64,000 bases of DNA from a virus: the IMG/VR virus record IMGVR_UViG_3300025128_000015, positions 125,595 to 189,594 of that record; one strand, written 5' to 3'. The notes beneath the pieces are model-generated. The model searched no databases. It saw only the letters and a program-made list of their open reading frames with translations, and was not told the DNA's origin. Shown one piece after another: positions 57,701 through 64,000 of this stretch. Each line of letters starts with the position of its first letter. The first letter of the stretch is position 1. Made by a program: the position numbers and the translations under genes.

Positions 57701-60700
57701 ATTGAGAAATATAATTCTGGTGTTGGTCTAGGATTTAAGCCAAATAGCACTAGGGCTGTTGTTGAGAACTTCGTTTTCACTTCTAAACTACAACCTCCAG
57801 AGGTTATGAATAGTTCTGATCAGATTGAGATTAGGAATTTTGATCAAGATATCTTTTCAAAAACACAAAGACCAACAACTTATTTTGCAGCCATTGAAAA
57901 AAGCCCGTATCAAATTGTTTCAGATCAAATGCTGAATATGTTCTCTACAATACTAGAATTTAATAGTATTATTGGTCATCCTGTTCATAGATATCGTCTA
58001 GAATACAAGCAACTAAATAAATTAAGAAACTTATTCTTCCAGAGAGTTGGAAAGTCCGTTGATTTTGATAGATTTTTAGAATTCTATAAATGGGTTGACT
58101 TTACAATTAACAAAATGCTAGAAAGTATTGTACCTGTTTCGGCCAATATTTCTGGCGATATCAGAACGGTTGTTGAAAGTCATATACTTGAAAGAAATAA
58201 ATATAAACATCCGTTTGTTAGATACATTGATATTGAGTTTGAGCCAGAGTTTAAGCCTCTGCCACCTCATCATGGTCTAAATTCTATTGTTGGCGACTTG
58301 CCTCCAGGATATCAAAAATATTCTAAACAAACTCAAGGTGGTTCTTCCGACCCGACGACAGAAACTACGAAACACGCTATGTTAGCTCCTCCTGACGGAC
58401 CAATCAATCAAACAACAAGCTATTATGTCAATCCTGAAAAGGGAGCTAAGACACTTAGAAACCACGAAATTAGCGCATTAAATAGAAATACAATAGGCAA
58501 CACAATTGTTGATACTAATAGGGAAGTCCTAAGAAAGAGCATAATGTCGACTCTTTATAATAGAAGGTTATCCCCTGGACTCTCTGCCGGAGTAGAATTT
58601 TCTATTGAGCAAGGAAATAACCAACACAAGAACAAGAAAATTAATTTTGAGAAAGATGTCCTGCCATTTAGAAGTAGAGTAGAAGCCAATAGTGATTATG
58701 TTAGTATTGCGGCCGCAGACTTAAATCCGGATTACGGACTTCAAGATGTTGTCATACATCGTCAAGAAAAGGAAAGATACAGTGGAAAAGCTCAAGTCTT
58801 GCAAAATGATGGGGCTGGTAATTTTTCTGAAGAAGAGTCAGTATCTAAATTAGATATCGTTGCTCCTTTTACAATTTATAAACATAATAACAATACAAAT
58901 AGTGTCGTTAGCACCAACTTTAAAGCAAATCACGAGTTTACCAATCTGCATCGCGATACATATACCACAGAAGTACCGTTGCAAAGTCCATTTACTAATG
59001 AACATGTTGGTGGTTTAAATTATCGCCACACTCCAATTAACGTTATTAATACAACAAAATCTGAAGCAGATAATGAATTGAATAGAGCAGAGGGCTGGAG
59101 AATACGTTTTAGTAGTAATACTGCAAAAATATACGGACCAGGTGGTGATGGTCCTCATAAGCCAAGGTCTTCTTTCTATCGTGAAGAAATGGTTAAGCGA
59201 CCTGTCAATATTAAGAATATTAAAACAGTCACTTCTTCATTTAACGGACAAAGAATACTTGGAAACTACCATCACAATTATGAGCTTGTACAAACTGTTG
59301 GCTCTGATGTTAACAATCTTTGGTTTGTACATCATACAGGTAATTTGCCAAGCTCCGGTTCTGATTCAAAGTCTATTGTTTTCAGTGATTTACAAGATTA
59401 TAAAGTCGACGAGAGAACTACATTAAGAGATCTTTCGACAAGACAAAAAACTGTTATCAATGATAGATTCTCAGCCCCAGGTGGACCAGAAGTTAATTCT
59501 CTTGGCTTCTTAGATGAGGCTTCTAGAACATACAGTGTATACAATAATCTAAACTACAGAAACTTATCGGTCAGGCAACCTCTAAAAACGCTTCTAAGCG
59601 AAGCTGAAGGCAAATACATAGGAAACCCTGGGTTTAACCTTCGAAGAGCAGGAACAGCGTCTTTCCATGATATACACAATAATCATATGTCGGTGTTAAA
59701 GAGGCCAGGATCAACAGTATTAACATCATCAGTTTACAATAACGGTTTTGTAATTACACCGATTCCTTCTTCTGATCGCCAATATTCATGGATAACATCA
59801 TCACTAAATACACATCCTATAGGTGATTCTGCTCCGTTAAGGTATGCAAATCGTAGTGGAGAAGAGAGAAAGGTTAAATCAAGCGGGTTTATCTATACTC
59901 CATCGATCATAAACGTTAGCTCTAGTGAAATAAGCAGTTACCTGGCAGGAGGCGCACGTCGAATCGGCGGACTTGATCAAAATAAAAAGCCCACTGGCTT
60001 CCTCGCTGGTTCAAGATTATCCAGCGATTTCGTTGGGTTAAATTATCATTTAGTATCTGCGGTTACTGCAAGTGAAAATTACTTAAGCAGTTCCGGTTTT
60101 AATACAAAATTCTTGACTCCTAATGCTAGCGCAGCAAGAGATACGTTAAATACGTGGCTGCTTTCGCATAATGGACCTTATCATTATCCTTCCTTCAAAC
60201 AAATTAGGACAGGTGAACATCCTGTAGCTCGACATATGCGACAAAACAATAGGATCGCAATTCAGAAGCCTGCAAGAACATTTACAGATGATCAAGGCAA
60301 CTACTATAAAGAAATGCGTCATCCACATTTTCGCTCTTTCACAGAGCCTGTTGTAACAACGCGCTACAAACCTTTGAGACATAGATTCTTATATAAGCCG
60401 GATGATTTAAACGCACTAGAAGATAGTCGTGAAGGGCAAGGATTAAAGAACGAAGTAAAAAGAGATCCAAATCAGTTAGTCGCTGACCTAATAACATTAG
60501 AGCACACATATGGAAACAAGCTAGCTGGATTCAGTCGTAACGAAATTGATAAATTAATTGACGTCAAAGTAAATACAGAAGATTTACCATATGATGATTT
60601 AACTGCAATTTACTTATACAACGGATTAACTGGAGACACAACACCAGTTGAGAAGTTTGTTTCATTAAACTATAAAGAAAGAGTTTGGCCAAGAGAAAAG

Positions 60701-63700
60701 AATGAGTATCTTTCAAAAACCTTCATGAGAAAGAATTACTTTGTTTCGTTTTGGCGAGAAAACAGAAATGATCGAGTAGTAACAAATCCAGTTCCACACG
60801 AATCATGGACTAACGGAAGCGCAAAAGGTTTTTTAAACTCATTTGGAAAGTCGTGGACAGTAAAAGATCAAGGAGGCGGCACCACTGCTCCAAGACCTTG
60901 TATCGGTGACACAGGCAGCATGTGGCCATTAGACGCCAGAACATCCGACAATCTAGGCAATACATCTTTCGAGACTTCTATTACAATTAATGGACTTGGC
61001 TCAGCTGGAACAACGCATGGCACAGGAGCCATCGCCCCGATGATATCAGGTGGGCTTGGCGAATTATGGAGCATGTATCCACAGTGGAATACTATCGATA
61101 ATGCAAAAGCTTCTGGAGGTACTCCGAAATCCTTCGGTGCGCAAATGAGTCCAATTTATGCCCGCCGAACGCTCGAAAATGTTTGGATTCCATCTGGTGG
61201 AAGTAATACTTTGACATATATGTTGGCCGGTGATACAAAGTGGGAAGCTGGCGAACAAGCAGGAAAACAACCGTTCCCACAAGGAACATATGAAGATTGG
61301 GCCGAAGATTTACGACGTCAAGGCAAGGACTTCTCGTTAATACCAGAGTTTAGAATTAGTGAGCATATGGATTATTATGTCAACACAAAAGCCTCTGATT
61401 TCTTAGCAGATAATGAAGGATTCCTAACATTGACAGGTACTGCAGAAACAAACAGTGCAAACGAAAACTTTTATAAAGAATACGCTCATAGTGATTTTCT
61501 TAAGCATTTTAATATAGTAGAAGAGCACCGAAACACAACATTTGGCAACGGCAACAAAATTCAAAGAGCGGAAGACACGTCGCTTACTTTAAAATGTAAG
61601 GCGTTGATGAAATTTTTGCCTTATAGTGGTTTCTATCCTGTGTTGAGAACGCTAAATTTAGCTAGCCTATTTTCAGCATCGTTTTTCGAAGGCGCCTTCG
61701 TTACTGCTCAAGTTAATGGAGAGATTGCAAACAATCATTTAGGACACAAAAGATCAATTATTACTCCTTATTTTGCACCAGGTATTATGTATAATACAAT
61801 AAAATCTGGTATTGCGGTAGACTATCCAGTATATACTGCAGAAAATGGTTCTATTTCTACTGTTACTGCTAGCTACGAATCTACAGCGTCTTTTAAAACT
61901 ACTCAAGGAATAAATAATTATGGACTTCGCCTGAACGAAGACTTCTCAAAAAGGTTGGAATTCGAAAGTATATTAGACCCCTCAGAATTTTATCGTGGTT
62001 TATTAATTTTGGATCAAGAGTTACATTCCTCTGCCTCTGCATCTCCCTCTTTTGGTGCCTCTAACGCTTCTTTCAGTGAAGCAAAAGACAAGAGATATAA
62101 ATTGGCAATGCACAATTTCTTAGCAGAATCAATGCAGTTCTTTGTCGACAAGACAGCGATTAAATCAGAATACGGTGATTTAGATCCAAGGTTCGGCGCT
62201 ATGTCAGGTACTGTTCCTTACGAAATGTTCATTATTTTAAAGAAAACAGGTTCTTTTTCAATGTATGATAGACCTCATGCTTTTGGACCACCAGTTGCGA
62301 ATGCATTCACATCATCAACCTCGTTGCAACCTTCACTTTTTACAAATGAAGTTTACGGAACTCCTAGCAATGCCGGCATAGGAAAAGCTTCAGGTTACGC
62401 TCCTTTTACGCCTCCTTACTTTGATTTAGACCAAGATTACAACTATGCACATCCTCATAGTGGCTCTCTTATTAAAATAGAGTTTGATCCTGTTAAACAT
62501 GAGCCTACATTAGATAATTCTAGATTTGATTTGTTAACAATTCTTTCGGCTTCAGCAATAACATACGCAAGAAACGGCGCCATTCCGGATACAAATAGAA
62601 TTGGTATGTCAGGTCGAACAATAGCTGTTCGGAATGCCATGCAAGCCAGTGCTTCAATTAACTTTACAGAAACGCTATTCGAGTTTGAAAGGACAGCCAA
62701 GGAAACTAGAGATGGCTTAAAATTCGGCGCACCAAATCTAGATTTTGATAAATCCAGTCGAAAATTAGTTATTGAAACAAAATTTGAAACACCTATGCTT
62801 AATTTTAAGAATGTCTCGGCTACATTGCCCAAATATGGCTCTGGGTCTATTGCTAAAGGAATGTGGCACCAGTATGGTGTCCTACCTTCAAATCCGGAAG
62901 AAGGTGTTGTTATCGAGATTGCAGACGGATTTAATAAGCCTTCATTAGCTGATGCGTTGGGGATCAAAAAAGGTAACCATAAGATAGGTAAAGTGCCAAG
63001 CAAAAAGAAAGTAAAAGAAGCTATTATCGCAGTACCGTTTAGAGTGGTTAATAACAAGAAAGTTCTTTTCTCAATCAACAGAGAAAGAGTCGATGCAGCA
63101 ATTGCTTTCGACAGAGAACCTAATGAATCAGAACGTGAGAAGTTATTGACAATTGCAGGACAAGATGTTATCGATATGATTAAAAAGATGAGAACTTATG
63201 TAGTTCCTCCTAAATTTGATTTCTTAACTTTCCACGGAAAATTCAATACACCAGAAGTAAAACCTTTTGCGATGTATATATTTGAATTTGAGCATGAATT
63301 CAGTCAACAAGATTTGGTTGATATGTGGCAAAACCTCCCACCAGAATTGGGTATGAATGTAAAAGAACCTAGAGAAAGTGTTTCAACCATAACACATCCG
63401 CTATTATCCCAAGCTCTCAGAGAAGAATCTGAAGAGGCAAGTGAAAATAATGATAAGTTTGGATTTGTATCCCTGCACAAAGATTTACGATGGATGGTTT
63501 TCAAAGTAAAGCAGAAAGCCGAGTGGAACTATTACAAATCACTAAGAAAAACTAGAGGCGACTTATTATTGCAGATTGAAGAAAACCAGAAGCTAGATGT
63601 CGCTTCCGGAAAATTAGATCCGAAAGAAGCGGTACAATTAAGTTCGAGAGAAGTTGAGCCATTATATAGTTATAATTGGCCATATGATTTCTTTTCTATG

Positions 63701-63922
63701 GTCGAATTAGCACAGCTTGAGGCAGACGTGAAGATAACACCACATACGGTTGAAGAAACAGAGGATGAACTTCCAGAACCAGCACGATTAATAGGCGAAG
63801 CACTCGCCCGCTCTGCAGAAAAAGAAGATAACGATCGTCCGAATACTAAAAGACGTCGAAGTCCAAAAACTCCGTCTGTTAAAAAGCTAAACGAAAGAGG
63901 CAATAAAAGGACAAAAAGGTAA
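54767..63922 (+). CDS. 3051-aa baseplate/tail protein with LamG-like domain and gp7/P2-I-like wedge motif
   Basis: TVEFWLK…WQHYAFTF…IDEFRFWK (~55277-55798); IYKTKGTEQSITALLRCLG (~56493-56550); second LamG-like VTSVRFWH segment. Confidence 0.7.
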   Translation: MSYNSLKNLFEKDSQKIIAQTSSLGTLGNKTESEGYLKAYKVYKERVTPQIDFSKPKNWVRYGSAEQYYVDATANIYDSYPYDGSEKEKIEWHNSSSYFENYVFENEYPRTNGHIVLNNIRPSPGSGSYGSGGDPQYILTTGSMAKDNVYDLSKNRAENLFVDLSKDGATVEFWLKKNGFLGSLKTKREVIYDLWNNELVSSTAYGRLRIEMDSTRADTVFLLTAASGSAGVKLATIGTTGSHGAGFTTSKVGDDKWQHYAFTFKNTTTNNIECEMYHNGKYIETIVTGSNINAISGAISWSQNKPIVSTIGALAHRTSYALDSIAKLGHGSLSASIDEFRFWKTRRTAKEIGTNWFGQVGGGSNTDDANTKLGLYYKFNEGITTTSTIDEIILDYSGRVSNGKFVGYSAASKHRATGSAMLNSGYAKFEFKDPIIYDEHPDVGAYIAQKKLTGSMYDDTNPSYLYYTFPQWVIEDDEKGQLHKLTQIMASYFDSLHLQIAQIHKLKSVNYPSGTQKPYPFMNQLLQDKGFYISELFNNSDLIETYSNQTEDFVIKDKLHDIKNRIYQNIYNNLTYIYKTKGTEQSITALLRCLGLGDDLVKVNYYGNNNEYLFRENFRNATVKKRFLNMSDSSFTGTVYQSTGSGDSVASSFYNRLAVSHLQGGESLYDIPMTLETNVFFPKNVEGSNNVNTEMTSSIIGMHTIDTSGDFGLHSNTWSKEGFNTPASFEDAANLHILAEKHPQFKHHVRFHISGSYRGTIAMSSSWVKNVYDNEHWNLSARIRPKNHEQFYTYTNLGKVGAAATAMYTSASYELIFHGAHANLGTIEKEFTLSKDLTFNQATAFLTSSKKIYVGSHRINYTGSVINKSDVDVTSVRFWHNNLTDQELQSHIKDITNYGVESPYGNSLISLSGNSPHNDQKYMNTLSGAYVPNYKTLALHWNFENISGSGPIGGFDVFDFSSASMPSPTNAYNDFTPFIEKYNSGVGLGFKPNSTRAVVENFVFTSKLQPPEVMNSSDQIEIRNFDQDIFSKTQRPTTYFAAIEKSPYQIVSDQMLNMFSTILEFNSIIGHPVHRYRLEYKQLNKLRNLFFQRVGKSVDFDRFLEFYKWVDFTINKMLESIVPVSANISGDIRTVVESHILERNKYKHPFVRYIDIEFEPEFKPLPPHHGLNSIVGDLPPGYQKYSKQTQGGSSDPTTETTKHAMLAPPDGPINQTTSYYVNPEKGAKTLRNHEISALNRNTIGNTIVDTNREVLRKSIMSTLYNRRLSPGLSAGVEFSIEQGNNQHKNKKINFEKDVLPFRSRVEANSDYVSIAAADLNPDYGLQDVVIHRQEKERYSGKAQVLQNDGAGNFSEEESVSKLDIVAPFTIYKHNNNTNSVVSTNFKANHEFTNLHRDTYTTEVPLQSPFTNEHVGGLNYRHTPINVINTTKSEADNELNRAEGWRIRFSSNTAKIYGPGGDGPHKPRSSFYREEMVKRPVNIKNIKTVTSSFNGQRILGNYHHNYELVQTVGSDVNNLWFVHHTGNLPSSGSDSKSIVFSDLQDYKVDERTTLRDLSTRQKTVINDRFSAPGGPEVNSLGFLDEASRTYSVYNNLNYRNLSVRQPLKTLLSEAEGKYIGNPGFNLRRAGTASFHDIHNNHMSVLKRPGSTVLTSSVYNNGFVITPIPSSDRQYSWITSSLNTHPIGDSAPLRYANRSGEERKVKSSGFIYTPSIINVSSSEISSYLAGGARRIGGLDQNKKPTGFLAGSRLSSDFVGLNYHLVSAVTASENYLSSSGFNTKFLTPNASAARDTLNTWLLSHNGPYHYPSFKQIRTGEHPVARHMRQNNRIAIQKPARTFTDDQGNYYKEMRHPHFRSFTEPVVTTRYKPLRHRFLYKPDDLNALEDSREGQGLKNEVKRDPNQLVADLITLEHTYGNKLAGFSRNEIDKLIDVKVNTEDLPYDDLTAIYLYNGLTGDTTPVEKFVSLNYKERVWPREKNEYLSKTFMRKNYFVSFWRENRNDRVVTNPVPHESWTNGSAKGFLNSFGKSWTVKDQGGGTTAPRPCIGDTGSMWPLDARTSDNLGNTSFETSITINGLGSAGTTHGTGAIAPMISGGLGELWSMYPQWNTIDNAKASGGTPKSFGAQMSPIYARRTLENVWIPSGGSNTLTYMLAGDTKWEAGEQAGKQPFPQGTYEDWAEDLRRQGKDFSLIPEFRISEHMDYYVNTKASDFLADNEGFLTLTGTAETNSANENFYKEYAHSDFLKHFNIVEEHRNTTFGNGNKIQRAEDTSLTLKCKALMKFLPYSGFYPVLRTLNLASLFSASFFEGAFVTAQVNGEIANNHLGHKRSIITPYFAPGIMYNTIKSGIAVDYPVYTAENGSISTVTASYESTASFKTTQGINNYGLRLNEDFSKRLEFESILDPSEFYRGLLILDQELHSSASASPSFGASNASFSEAKDKRYKLAMHNFLAESMQFFVDKTAIKSEYGDLDPRFGAMSGTVPYEMFIILKKTGSFSMYDRPHAFGPPVANAFTSSTSLQPSLFTNEVYGTPSNAGIGKASGYAPFTPPYFDLDQDYNYAHPHSGSLIKIEFDPVKHEPTLDNSRFDLLTILSASAITYARNGAIPDTNRIGMSGRTIAVRNAMQASASINFTETLFEFERTAKETRDGLKFGAPNLDFDKSSRKLVIETKFETPMLNFKNVSATLPKYGSGSIAKGMWHQYGVLPSNPEEGVVIEIADGFNKPSLADALGIKKGNHKIGKVPSKKKVKEAIIAVPFRVVNNKKVLFSINRERVDAAIAFDREPNESEREKLLTIAGQDVIDMIKKMRTYVVPPKFDFLTFHGKFNTPEVKPFAMYIFEFEHEFSQQDLVDMWQNLPPELGMNVKEPRESVSTITHPLLSQALREESEEASENNDKFGFVSLHKDLRWMVFKVKQKAEWNYYKSLRKTRGDLLLQIEENQKLDVASGKLDPKEAVQLSSREVEPLYSYNWPYDFFSMVELAQLEADVKITPHTVEETEDELPEPARLIGEALARSAEKEDNDRPNTKRRRSPKTPSVKKLNERGNKRTKR

Positions 63923-63927
63923 TATAA

Positions 63928-64000
63928 ATGTCATTTTTTGATCAAAAACAAGAAGTATTTGATATTCAACTAACTTCTCATGGTAAAAAGCTCCTAGCTC
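63928..64000 (+). CDS. 5' fragment of the next structural gene (truncated by window end)
   Basis: MSFFDQKQEVFDIQLTSHGKKLLA…, open to the window end. Confidence 0.6.
   Translation, partial: MSFFDQKQEVFDIQLTSHGKKLLA

Noticed and set aside
1318-63903. The many short minus-strand and alternate-frame ORFs in the track (e.g. 3099..3461, 21638..21970, 42050..42421, 62455..63078)
   Set aside because: All are shadows of longer motif-bearing + strand genes, with no SD and no recognisable motifs; only 16190..16942 is credible on the - strand.
39015-63922. Inteins or introns inside the giant ORFs
   Set aside because: No C/S…HN-C/S/T splice-junction pairs or LAGLIDADG/HNH motifs recognised by eye; a formal scan could still find degenerate ones.
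63830-63922. NLS-like basic tail (KRRRSPK…KRTKR) on the 3051-aa protein
   Set aside because: Bacterial virus; basic low-complexity tails occur on several ORFs here (e.g. 19336..19719).
1-64000. Eukaryotic giant virus (NCLDV) origin, suggested by giant ORFs and the glycosylation island
   Set aside because: AAGGAG SD sites, coupled overlapping genes, tmRNA, sigma70-like promoters and a contractile-tail baseplate indicate a bacteriophage.
1-64000. Stop-codon reassignment, as in some jumbo phages
   Set aside because: Code 11 gives near-complete coding density with 9-12 kb ORFs; TAG, TGA and TAA all end genes at sensible boundaries.
1-64000. tRNA genes and intrinsic terminators
   Set aside because: The only GTTCGA T-arm with an acceptor stem belongs to the tmRNA; no convincing GC hairpin + U-tract was found in the short intergenic gaps.

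Overview
AT-rich, densely coding 64-kb segment of a large (jumbo-type) contractile-tailed bacteriophage. Shine-Dalgarno sites, a tmRNA and T4 gp25/gp6/gp5-like baseplate genes point to a bacterial virus; the standard genetic code fits, and all credible genes but one are on the + strand. Layout: (1) 1-15.2 kb: putative head-packaged proteins sharing a helix + L-x-E motif, including a ligase-like/HIGH-nucleotidyltransferase fusion and a 1645-aa protein whose C-terminal ~700 aa are cassettes separated by direct repeats (two identical 42-bp copies). The same stretch holds a tmRNA, YkuK-like RNase H, acyl-CoA thioesterase, an unlisted 34-aa 12-Cys peptide, an Smr domain, exported glutaredoxins and a lytic transglycosylase. 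(2) 15.2-20.5 kb: small genes, a trypsin-like lipoprotein, PIN-PhoH, a zincin and a PD-(D/E)xK nuclease. (3) 20.5-33.8 kb: glycan synthesis/decoration island (glycosyltransferases, sulfotransferases + CysC, LicD, FkbM x2, B12-radical SAM, epimerase, Ugd). (4) 33.8-64 kb: putative late sigma factor and baseplate/tail module with 3953-aa and 3051-aa ORFs. Best candidate for an undescribed system: the repeat-delimited, in-frame cassette array, read as a protease-processed, capsid-packaged effector polyprotein. All calls come from reading motifs by eye; no database searches were run.
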